From Gemmatimonadota bacterium (GTDB lineage Bacteria > Gemmatimonadota > Gemmatimonadetes > Gemmatimonadales > GWC2-71-9), in contig JACQVB010000152.1 in the NCBI GenBank assembly GCA_016209985.1, positions 9,539 through 73,538 of the forward strand: a stretch of DNA of 64,000 nucleotides, in the 5' to 3' direction. The position numbers and the translations under genes are program-made. Positions 52,651 to 60,591 of this stretch are shown here, piece after piece (within the stretch, counting starts at the first letter, position 1; each line of letters begins with the position of its first letter). A model generated the notes under the pieces. That model was not told where the DNA came from and ran no database searches. It worked only from the letters and a program-made list of their open reading frames with translations.

Positions 52651-53818
52651 CGCCTCGTCCCTCTTCCCCACAGTACCGGACCGCTGTGTCGGCGAGAATC
52701 TCCGCGAGCTTCATCGCTGATTCGATGTCTACCCACTCTTCCGCCGCGTGCGCTCCCGCACCCGCCGGACCCATCACGACCGTTTCTACGCCGGCAGCGG
52801 ACAGCAGGGCAGAGTCCATCCAGGGCGTGTCACCAACGAAGGGGGGCTGCTGGCCGAGCACGTTGGTGCTGGCCGCCGCCAGGGAGCGAACGATGCCTGC
52901 CTCGGGCTTCACTTCGAACGGCTCGCGGGCGAGCAGGGTTTTCACCGTGGCGGCAAACCCGCCGTCAGCCTTCGAGAGCCGATTCACAATGTCCTGGATC
53001 TCACCCACCACCTGGCGCTCGGATTCGCCCGGAACCGTGCGCCGCTCGATCCCCAGCCTGCAGCTGGCCGCGTAGGTACTGAGCCCGGTCCCACCCTGCA
53101 GCGTTGCCGCATGGAGCGAAGGAGGACCGACCAGCGGGTGAGGCTTACGGGAGCGGACGTCCCGCTCCAGGCGCTCGAGCTCGGCCAGCACCCGTCCCAT
53201 TCGCATGTTGGCATCGATGCCCAGCTCGAACTTGCTGCCGTGCGCCGCGCGGCCCTGGGTCTCGACCTCGAGCCAGACAAACCCCTTGTGGGCGAGACAG
53301 ATCTTGAGCGCGGTGGGTTCGGTGACGATGGCACCATCTACGCGATAACGGCTGACCAGGTCCGCCGTTCCAATGCTCGCTACCTCTTCATCCGCCACTG
53401 CAGCAATCAGGAGGTCCCCTGCGAGGCGAACGCCGGCATCGACCAGGGCCTTTGCCGCGCCGATCTGTGCTGCCAGGCTGCCCTTCATGTCGTAGGCGCC
53501 GCGGCCGTAGAGCTTTCCGTTTCGTACCGTCCCCGAAAATGGCTCGGGCATTCCCTCCACCCCGACGGTGTCGTAATGGGCGTTCAACATTAGCGACTTC
53601 CCGCCCCCCCTTCCGCGCAGCACGCCAACCACGCTGACCCGGCCGGGCTCCGGCTCATGCACGGAGACGTCCAGCCCGAGACGCTCGAGCGTCTCAATGA
53701 CGAAACTGGCGATCTCTGACTCTCCCTGTCCTTTCGCCGAGAGCCCAGGGTTGACGGAATTGATCTGGACCAGGCGCGCGAGCGTCCTGACTGTGAAGTC
53801 GTGGTCAATGGGAGGCAT
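52613..53818 (-). CDS. M20-family metallopeptidase (ArgE/DapE/carboxypeptidase-like)
   Basis: SLMLNAHYDTVGV, VADEEVASIG and the GPAGAGAHAAEEWV motif order are typical of M20/M25/M40 dimetal hydrolases. Confidence 0.8.
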   Translation of the reverse strand: MPPIDHDFTVRTLARLVQINSVNPGLSAKGQGESEIASFVIETLERLGLDVSVHEPEPGRVSVVGVLRGRGGGKSLMLNAHYDTVGVEGMPEPFSGTVRNGKLYGRGAYDMKGSLAAQIGAAKALVDAGVRLAGDLLIAAVADEEVASIGTADLVSRYRVDGAIVTEPTALKICLAHKGFVWLEVETQGRAAHGSKFELGIDANMRMGRVLAELERLERDVRSRKPHPLVGPPSLHAATLQGGTGLSTYAASCRLGIERRTVPGESERQVVGEIQDIVNRLSKADGGFAATVKTLLAREPFEVKPEAGIVRSLAAASTNVLGQQPPFVGDTPWMDSALLSAAGVETVVMGPAGAGAHAAEEWVDIESAMKLAEILADTAVRYCGEEGRGAPLSGAKGNKEE

Positions 53819-53871
53819 GAATTTCCCCGGCAGATGATGGGATCACGTCATGCCGCCGTACCGTCATGCCG

Positions 53872-55827
53872 CTATTTCTGCCAGACGTTGTTCGCGCGGT
53901 TGACGTCGGGAAATGCCTTGGCGGCGTCGATCTCGACCCTGGTTACTCCGCTGCTCGCCGGTACCGAGATCGTCGCCGTGCTCGCGCCCTTAAGCCACGT
54001 CTCCACCGGAATTTCCCGCTCCATGGTCTGGCCGGAAGAGAGCGTCAGGGTGAGCCGGACCGGCATCGGGACCAAGCCCTTGTCCTCGATGGTCACGACC
54101 GTGCTGTCGCCGTGGGTTTCCACCCCGGCCACCGCCTGGTCCAGCGTCCACGTTTCGTAGTACCAGCTCCGCCAGAACCAGGAGAGGTCCCTTCCAGCGG
54201 CGGCATTGAATTGGTTGAAGAAGTCCCAGGGCGTTGGATGCTTGAAGGCCCAGTCACCGATGAAGCTCCGCAAGCCCCGCAGGAAGGCGTCTTCTCCGAT
54301 CAGGCCGCGCAGCGCGTACAGCACGGTCGCGGGCTTCTGATAGGAGGAGACGACGTAGGCGCCCGGAAGCTGGAAATCGGTCCAGCGCATCATGGCGTCT
54401 TCCCGGCTGGTGCCGGCGACGTGGAAATAGGCCTCGCGCTCGGAGCTTTCCGGGTCCGAGCCCTGGAAGAAGTCCTTCCGGCCCTGGGTTTCGTGGAAGT
54501 CCGTGGTGCCTTCGTCGATCCACCCGTAACGGGTCTCATCCGCACCGACGATCATGGGGATCCACATGTGGGCCAGTTCGTGCACCGTTACGGCATACAC
54601 CGTAGTGTCATCGGCGCCGTTGAGCGCGCTGATCAGGGTCATCATGGGGTACTCCATGCCGCCACTCACGATGTCTTTCCCTTCGATCACGCTCATGTGT
54701 GACCAGGGATAGGGATACCCCGTGAAGCGGGAGAGAAACTCGATGGAATGACGCCCATAGCGCGCGGACTGTTGCCAGAGCGGGGCAATGGCCCGGTACA
54801 CCGCGTCCACCCGCGCGTAATCGGGCTTGCCGTCGTGGTCGCGATCGCCCACCGCGGCGCGGACCGCGTCCCACTTCGATTCCTTGCTGGCGCTGAATGA
54901 CACGTCGCGCACGTTTTTCGCCGTGTAGTGCCACGTGAGCCGGTCTTTCTTGCCGGGTTTGGTCGTGCGATTGGACCAGATGTCTTCGGTAGTGATGATG
55001 GGAATGACGCTGTCGCTTTGCTCTGCCTGTTTGAGGCGCCGGACGGTCACTTCATTGAGCACCGAGTCGGCGTTCTGCAGCTCGCCGGTGGCGATTACGA
55101 TCCAGCCCTTGGGCGCCTCGATCGTCACGTCGTAGTCCGCGTAGCCCATGTAGAACTCGGCCGTGCCGAGGTATTGATCCCGATTCCAGCCGATCACGTC
55201 GTCATATACGGCAATCTGCGGGTACCAGTACGCCAGGAAGAACAGGTTCTGGGCGCTCCAGCCCATCCGGCCGGCGCCATTCTGGGGGACGATAAAGGCC
55301 CAGTCGGCGCCGATATCCACCGAGTCGCCGGGAGCCAGCGGGCGGGGGAGCCGGAGGATGAGAATGGTCCCGTTGATCTGGTAGCCTGCGCCCATGCGTG
55401 TGTCCCGTGCGATCTGCTGGCCGGCCACGGTCAGCCGCCGTAACTCCATGCCCGGCGTCACCTGCTGGCGCTCGTTTCTGGCGGCCCCGGCCAGGTGAAT
55501 GTTCTGGTACAGGTGCATGGCCACCTGGCTCAGGGTATCGGGCGAGCCGTTGTAGTACATGATACGACCGGTGCCCTCGAGCACGTGGCGCTCGACGTCG
55601 AGCTTTGCCGTGAGCTTGTAGTTGGCGCGCTGCTGCCAGTAGCGGGGCCCGGGTTTCCCGGTCGTGGTACGGGTGCCTTTCGCGACGGCCGCCTGAAACT
55701 CCGCCGGTGGAACGACCGGGTAGGGAGCCGGGCGTGGCACTGCGGTTCGAGCGTCCTGTGCCAACGATATGCGCGCGCTCAACAGCAAGGCAAGAGCATT
55801 CGTGATACTGAAAAACCTGCGGATCAT
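53872..55827 (-). CDS. Secreted M1-family metallopeptidase (aminopeptidase N-like)
   Basis: Signal peptide ...RISLAQDA. GGMEYPMMT (GxMEN-type exopeptidase motif) and HELAHMW...x18...WIDEGTTDF (HExxH-E). Confidence 0.85.
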   Translation of the reverse strand: MIRRFFSITNALALLLSARISLAQDARTAVPRPAPYPVVPPAEFQAAVAKGTRTTTGKPGPRYWQQRANYKLTAKLDVERHVLEGTGRIMYYNGSPDTLSQVAMHLYQNIHLAGAARNERQQVTPGMELRRLTVAGQQIARDTRMGAGYQINGTILILRLPRPLAPGDSVDIGADWAFIVPQNGAGRMGWSAQNLFFLAYWYPQIAVYDDVIGWNRDQYLGTAEFYMGYADYDVTIEAPKGWIVIATGELQNADSVLNEVTVRRLKQAEQSDSVIPIITTEDIWSNRTTKPGKKDRLTWHYTAKNVRDVSFSASKESKWDAVRAAVGDRDHDGKPDYARVDAVYRAIAPLWQQSARYGRHSIEFLSRFTGYPYPWSHMSVIEGKDIVSGGMEYPMMTLISALNGADDTTVYAVTVHELAHMWIPMIVGADETRYGWIDEGTTDFHETQGRKDFFQGSDPESSEREAYFHVAGTSREDAMMRWTDFQLPGAYVVSSYQKPATVLYALRGLIGEDAFLRGLRSFIGDWAFKHPTPWDFFNQFNAAAGRDLSWFWRSWYYETWTLDQAVAGVETHGDSTVVTIEDKGLVPMPVRLTLTLSSGQTMEREIPVETWLKGASTATISVPASSGVTRVEIDAAKAFPDVNRANNVWQK

Positions 55828-56005
55828 GAACCGAGCTCCGACGAGAGGGCACTGGAAATTACCAACTTGGCACGAGCATTGCTTTCCGGCGTGGCATCTT
55901 GAAAACGCGAAGACGGTTTACGGCGTGGCATACCGGAGATTCCTGCAAGGCAGATGCCGCTGTGGGGTGGGGAGGAGGCCTCTATGAAAAAGGGCAGGCT
56001 GTCAT

Positions 56006-56133
56006 CCCCTCGCTCCGCTCGGGGCAGGCTCTGAGCCGCGAAGCGGCGACGGAGCCGGCCTTCGGTAAGAGCGACGGTTGCGTCGTGCCACTGAGGCTAT
56101 GGCTCCTTCCCCCTCGCTTCGCTCGGGGTCAGG
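56006..56133. repeat. Two direct copies of a 23-24-nt GC-rich motif (CCCCTCGCTYCGCTCGGGGYCAGG) bracketed by inverted GTCATCC/GGATGAC
   Basis: Copy 1 at 56006-56028 is preceded by gtcatcc. Copy 2 at 56110-56133 runs into ggatgac. Lies in the intergenic region between DUF5916-2 and the M1 peptidase. A related string ccttcgcttcgctcagggcggcggctcagagcaggc occurs inside the CDS at 19281-19316. Confidence 0.6.
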
Positions 56134-56161
56134 ATGACGGGCGCTCGCCTTCGCTTTTCAA

Positions 56162-58828
56162 TTAGAAAGAAATCCAGTAATTCACCTTCAGCATGATGGT
56201 GTTTGACGAAGGCGCCGCGAACAGGTCTCCCAGATTCTGCGACAGCTGGAAGCGACCATCCGACGATCCGTCGCTGCGCCCGTGCTGCCAGACCAGGAAG
56301 ATGGTGGAGCCCGGCCGGTACTCCCACCGGAGCACCGTGTTCGAGCGGAAGGAGAGATAGGTGAAGTCGGGATTCCCCAGGTCGTAGTCGGCGGTGCCGT
56401 CGCGATCGAGGTCGACCGATACCCCACCCCCGGCATTGGCGATCAGCCGATCAGTGCCGAAGACGTCCCAGCGATCGTCGAACCGGGCGGCTCGCGGATT
56501 GCTGACCCGTTTGTAGTCGACATAGCGGCCGGCCGAGACGAAGGGCTGCGCCCAGATCTGCAGGGTGAGCGTGGGGGTGACGGTGATGTTCCCGCGGAAG
56601 TGCATGCCCAGGGTGGTTTGCCGAAGTCCACCGAAGAAGTAGGTGCGCTGGCCAAGGACGTCGGCGTCGGCGAGGTATTGCCAATCGTCGCTGTGCCACT
56701 CGAGTCCCGGGGACCAGGACAGGTCGATGTTGGCGGCAGGCCTCCAGACCACTTCCGTGGAGATTCCGGCCGAGCGCGTGTTGCGTGTATCATCCTGGCG
56801 GAAGAACCAGCCGTTCAGAAAGAAGTACAGCGGCTTTCGGTCGTCGGTGTAGAATCCCACCCATCCGTTCCAGGCGCCGGGCCGAACGATGGCGGGGCCG
56901 CCGCGCAGGGCCTCCCTACCGAGTGAGCGCCAGTTTCGGTTGACACCCCCGAAGCCGCCCCAGTAGTTCAGGAACTTGAAGTTGAAATTGACGTTGCCGC
57001 CGAGGCTGGTGCGGTCCCAGCCATAGTCGTAGTTGGACCACTCGTTGATGTTGGCGCCGAAGAACCGGAACACCTTGCCCGGCTTCTGCCAGCGGCGATT
57101 GAGCCAGAAGTACTGGCCGTGCCAGTCGACCGAACCCTGGAAGCCGGCATCGTTGACCTCGAAGCCCGGCGAGCGCGTATCGATCCCAGTCGAGAAACGC
57201 CAGTCGCCGCCCCCATTCTTGCCCACGCTCACGTTTCCACCGAAACCCGACAGGGCGGTGCGGGTGGAATCGTACGAGCCGTAATCCCGGTCCGGGCGCT
57301 GGAAGTAGCGGGCGCTGGAACGCTGGGTCAGGTTGATCGCATTCGCCGAGCCGCGGACATCGCTCACCGCGAAGAAGCCGGAGAAGTAGTAGGTGTCGTG
57401 CCGGAACCGGTGGTTCCAGTCCAGGCCTCCGGCGTAGGCGTCGCGGCGAAGGAAGTCGAGGTTCGGCGTCAAGGCGCGATCGACACCGGTGGCAAAGATC
57501 CCCACGCGGGTTTTCCCGCCGCGGTACTCACGCGCCACCCGGCCGACCAGATAGGTGGAACGCGGCTCGACCGCATCGGCGTGGCGTGCGCCGGCGGAGT
57601 CGACGACCGCCGCGTTTTCTCGCGCCGTCTCCGCGCCCAGCAACCCGATGGTCCAACCGCCGCGGGTCTTTCCCGACAATTTGGTCGCACCGATGATCCG
57701 GGTCTGGGCGACGTCCTGAGCGTAGCCGCCACGGGGGTCCGCGCTGCCCTGGGGCGCGCGGCCAATGCGCCGGGAGTAGAAGAGTCCCTGGCTGTTGCCG
57801 TCGCCGCCACCCAGCGCGAATCGAAACACGTCCGAGCCCTCGGTAAAGAAGGGACGCCGTTCCGAGAAATAGTTTTCAAATGCCGAAAGGTTGACTTGTG
57901 CCGGGTCGGCTTCGACCTGCCCGAAATCCGGATTGATGGTCGCCTGGAGCGTGAGATTGGATCCGATGCCGACTTTGACGTCGCCGCCCACCGTAGCGCG
58001 CCGGTCGGTTCCGGTCCGGAACGGATTCCCGGCTTCGCTGGGACGGTAGGCGGTGCTTCCGACCGTGTACGGGAGGACCTCGAGCCGGCGTGGCGGACGG
58101 ATTCCCCTGATCCCGGTGAGGTCGCCCATTTGCGAGATGGTCCCGGATGCGTTCTTGGGGATCAGCTTCCACTGCTGCAGCTCGTTCAGCCGGGCGATCT
58201 TGCGGTAGACATCGAACCCGAACTGGTGTTCTTCGGTCTCGGCGAACCGCAGTTGGCTGAACGGAATCCGGAACTCGGCCGTCCATCCTTCTGCATCGCG
58301 CGACACCGCGACATCCCACACGGCGTCCCAGGAATTGTCGGTATTGGAATCGTCATACCAGTACACGTCCCGCTTTACCCCGGCGGGATTGACGGCGAAC
58401 TCGAAGGCGGTGCGGCGATCCCGATAGGAGTCGATCACCACCCCGATCCAGTCGGAGGGAGAATCGACGTCGCGCCGCGTGAGCTGGGCGGTGATCCGGT
58501 CGGGCTGCGAGTCGAAGGCGCGTACTCCTATGTAGATGGCGTCGTCGGTATAGACGACGTGCGCTTCGGTCCGCTCGGTCCCGGGTTGTCCTTCATTGGG
58601 ATCGCGCTGGGTGAAATCGGCAATGGCGGGGGCGTTCCGCCAGGTAGCGTCATCCAGGCGACCATCCAACCGCACTGCATCGGGGGCCGCGCGAACCGCG
58701 CGGGCGAGCGCCATCAACGAGGTGGTTTCGATCCTGGTGGACTGCTGCTGCGCGCCTGCCAGACTGGTCCATGCGGCGAAGCCCCAAGCGGCCATCGACC
58801 AAACGGCTGTTTGCGAACGTGGGCCCAC
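56162..58828 (-). CDS. CBM9-like / DUF5916 domain protein (paralog 2)
   Basis: LDGRLDDATWRNAPAIADFTQRDPNEG and NPDFGQVEADPAQVNLSAFENYFSERRPFFTEG. Colinear with 9825-12497. Start assumed at the GTG at 58828 after GGAGG (MGPRSQTAVWSMAAWGFAAWTSLAGAQ). The track ORF starts at 58864. Confidence 0.75.
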   Translation of the reverse strand: MGPRSQTAVWSMAAWGFAAWTSLAGAQQQSTRIETTSLMALARAVRAAPDAVRLDGRLDDATWRNAPAIADFTQRDPNEGQPGTERTEAHVVYTDDAIYIGVRAFDSQPDRITAQLTRRDVDSPSDWIGVVIDSYRDRRTAFEFAVNPAGVKRDVYWYDDSNTDNSWDAVWDVAVSRDAEGWTAEFRIPFSQLRFAETEEHQFGFDVYRKIARLNELQQWKLIPKNASGTISQMGDLTGIRGIRPPRRLEVLPYTVGSTAYRPSEAGNPFRTGTDRRATVGGDVKVGIGSNLTLQATINPDFGQVEADPAQVNLSAFENYFSERRPFFTEGSDVFRFALGGGDGNSQGLFYSRRIGRAPQGSADPRGGYAQDVAQTRIIGATKLSGKTRGGWTIGLLGAETARENAAVVDSAGARHADAVEPRSTYLVGRVAREYRGGKTRVGIFATGVDRALTPNLDFLRRDAYAGGLDWNHRFRHDTYYFSGFFAVSDVRGSANAINLTQRSSARYFQRPDRDYGSYDSTRTALSGFGGNVSVGKNGGGDWRFSTGIDTRSPGFEVNDAGFQGSVDWHGQYFWLNRRWQKPGKVFRFFGANINEWSNYDYGWDRTSLGGNVNFNFKFLNYWGGFGGVNRNWRSLGREALRGGPAIVRPGAWNGWVGFYTDDRKPLYFFLNGWFFRQDDTRNTRSAGISTEVVWRPAANIDLSWSPGLEWHSDDWQYLADADVLGQRTYFFGGLRQTTLGMHFRGNITVTPTLTLQIWAQPFVSAGRYVDYKRVSNPRAARFDDRWDVFGTDRLIANAGGGVSVDLDRDGTADYDLGNPDFTYLSFRSNTVLRWEYRPGSTIFLVWQHGRSDGSSDGRFQLSQNLGDLFAAPSSNTIMLKVNYWISF

Positions 58829-58994
58829 CGGGACCTCCAAGGAATTGCGACCTGTCTCGAGCACTACGGTCTGGTACCGAAGAAGTTGCGACCGTTCGGG
58901 TGGTTAGATGCCGTGGAAGAGGAAAGGGTTGCTTCGCGGCGGGTGGCGTTTCGGTCTGCACCGACGAGGGGGGCATGGGAGGCATGGGAGCGAT

Positions 58995-59095
58995 GAGGAG
59001 TAAGAAGTAAAAGAGGTAAGAAGTGAGAAGTGAGAAGTAAGAAGGGAGAAGTAAGAAGGGAGCCCGTCCTGGGCTCCCGTCTCACTTCTGTGCTT
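58995..59095. repeat. Tandem-heptamer element (GAGAAGT family) with long left arm, short right arm and a GC hairpin core
   Basis: gaggagtaagaagtaaaagaggtaagaagtgagaagtgagaagtaagaagggagaagtaagaa + GGGAGCCC gtcct GGGCTCCC (59058-59078) + gtctcacttctg. Immediately 3' of the minus-strand ferredoxin gene, so a likely terminator. Confidence 0.85.
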
Positions 59096-59369
59096 AGTGG
59101 GTAGCGCGGCCTTTGGCTACTTCGCGCTCGACGCCGCCTTCGAAGAACTCCTTGTTCTTGGCGATGTAGGACTTCCACTGGTCCGGCGTGTCTTCCTCGG
59201 GGAAAATCGCCGTCACCGGGCACTCTGGCTCGCACGCTCCGCAATCGATGCATTCGTCCGGATGTATGTAGAGCTGATCCGGGCCTTCATAAATGCAGTC
59301 AACCGGGCACACATCAACACACCCCCGGTCTTTCACATTGATGCAGGGCTCGGCGATGATATAAGGCAT
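59094..59369 (-). CDS. fdxA: 7Fe (3Fe-4S + 4Fe-4S) ferredoxin
   Basis: [26 protein letters not shown] (Cx7Cx3CP) plus [12 protein letters not shown] (CxxCxxCx3CP), the Azotobacter-type pattern. Confidence 0.85.
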   Translation of the reverse strand: MPYIIAEPCINVKDRGCVDVCPVDCIYEGPDQLYIHPDECIDCGACEPECPVTAIFPEEDTPDQWKSYIAKNKEFFEGGVEREVAKGRATH

Positions 59370-59443
59370 GCTGTCTCCGACTCTTGGGATCGACCGGCGA
59401 AAGAATGACCGTAACCGCCATGTATGTCAAGCGGATACGTCCC

Positions 59444-59524
59444 GAGTGCGGAGTGCGGAGCTGGGAGTGCGGAGTGAACGGCCGCGAACCTACCACTCCG
59501 CATTCCGCACTCCGCATTCCGCAC
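59444..59524. repeat. Tandem-heptamer hairpin element (GAGTGCG family) in a divergent promoter region
   Basis: Left gagtgcg gagtgcg gagctgg gagtgcg gagtg. Right cactcc gcattcc gcactcc gcattcc gcac. Lies between the ferredoxin start (59369, minus) and the BtuF-like start (59585, plus). Confidence 0.85.
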
Positions 59525-59584
59525 TTGAGAACACTCCGTACTCAGGATTGCCTCTCCACCACGACGCTTACATCATTACATAGT

Positions 59585-60532
59585 ATGCGAATCGCCTCGC
59601 TGCTTGCCAGCGCCACCGAGATCGTCTACGAGCTGGGCCTGCAGGATCACCTCGTCGCGATCTCGCACGAATGCGATTATCCGCCCGACGCTCTGACCCG
59701 GCCTCGACTCAGCCGCCCGCATTTTGACCCAACCGGCCTCTCGAGCGGTGCCATCGATGCCGCGGTCCGGGAGAGCATGGCTCGCCACGGGAGCGTCTAT
59801 ACCATCGATGAGGACCTGCTTCGCCGCCTTCAGCCGGATCTGATTCTCGCCCAGGCGGTGTGCGAGGTATGCGCGGTGCCGACCTCGCTGGCGGCCACCG
59901 TTTCGGAGGCACTGGGAACCAGACCCCGCATTCTCTCCCTCGACTGCCACACGGTGTCGGATATCCTGGATGCGGTGGTTTTCGTGGCGGAAGCAGCCGG
60001 TATTGTCGGTCGCGGCAGGGACGTGTCCCGCAGGCTTCAGGGCCGGCTCGATCGGGTCGCAGCGCGCGTTCAGGGCTCTGCGCCGCCGCGGGTTCTCGCC
60101 ATCGAATGGCTGGAGCCTCCGTTCGTGCCGGGACATTGGACCCCGGAAATGATCACCATTGCGGGAGGGATCGACGTGTTCGGCGCGCCGGCGCGTCCAT
60201 CACGGCAGCTCACCTGGGAACAGATCTCGGGTGCAGATCCCGACGTCCTGGTGATCATGCCCTGTGGATATGGAATCGATCGGGCCCGCGCGGACGCCGG
60301 CCGGAATGCCGAGCGCCTCCTGGCCGTCGCGCCACGCGCGGTCGAATCCGGACGGGCCTATGTGGTGGACGGCTCAGCATATTTCAATCGGTCGGGGCCG
60401 AGGATGATAGTCGGGGTGGAGATACTGGGCGCATTGCTGCATCCGGAGCGGGCTCCGAATATCGATCTGACCAACAAAGCTCAGGTCTGGAAGCCATCAG
60501 CCATCAGCCATCAGAGCTTGGCGAACCTTTGA
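59585..60532 (+). CDS. BtuF-like periplasmic-binding-protein-fold protein (Peripla_BP_2) without signal peptide
   Basis: MRIASLLASATEIVYELGLQDHLVAISHECDYP and DLILAQ..C.VC are typical of cobalamin/siderophore-binding type III SBPs. No signal peptide. No obvious RBS, and TTACAT-ca-TTACAT sits directly upstream. The track ORF start at 59384 would read through the hairpin element. Confidence 0.65.
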   Translation: MRIASLLASATEIVYELGLQDHLVAISHECDYPPDALTRPRLSRPHFDPTGLSSGAIDAAVRESMARHGSVYTIDEDLLRRLQPDLILAQAVCEVCAVPTSLAATVSEALGTRPRILSLDCHTVSDILDAVVFVAEAAGIVGRGRDVSRRLQGRLDRVAARVQGSAPPRVLAIEWLEPPFVPGHWTPEMITIAGGIDVFGAPARPSRQLTWEQISGADPDVLVIMPCGYGIDRARADAGRNAERLLAVAPRAVESGRAYVVDGSAYFNRSGPRMIVGVEILGALLHPERAPNIDLTNKAQVWKPSAISHQSLANL

Positions 60533-60572
60533 TCGCGGTGCCCAGTGACGGCTGACGGCTGACGGCTGATGG
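60493..60572. repeat. Tandem-heptamer hairpin element (CAGCCAT family), full palindrome
   Basis: Left gccatcagccatcagccatcag, which encodes ...SAISHQ... of the BtuF-like C-terminus. Right gtgacggctgacggctgacggctgatggc. Confidence 0.85.
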
Positions 60573-60591
60573 CAATCAACTGGAGGACAGT

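Noticed and set aside
59384-59584. Long N-terminal extension of the BtuF-like ORF (start at 59384)
   Set aside because: It would translate straight through the GAGTGCG hairpin element and overlap the ferredoxin promoter region. The conserved domain begins at MRIASLL (59585).
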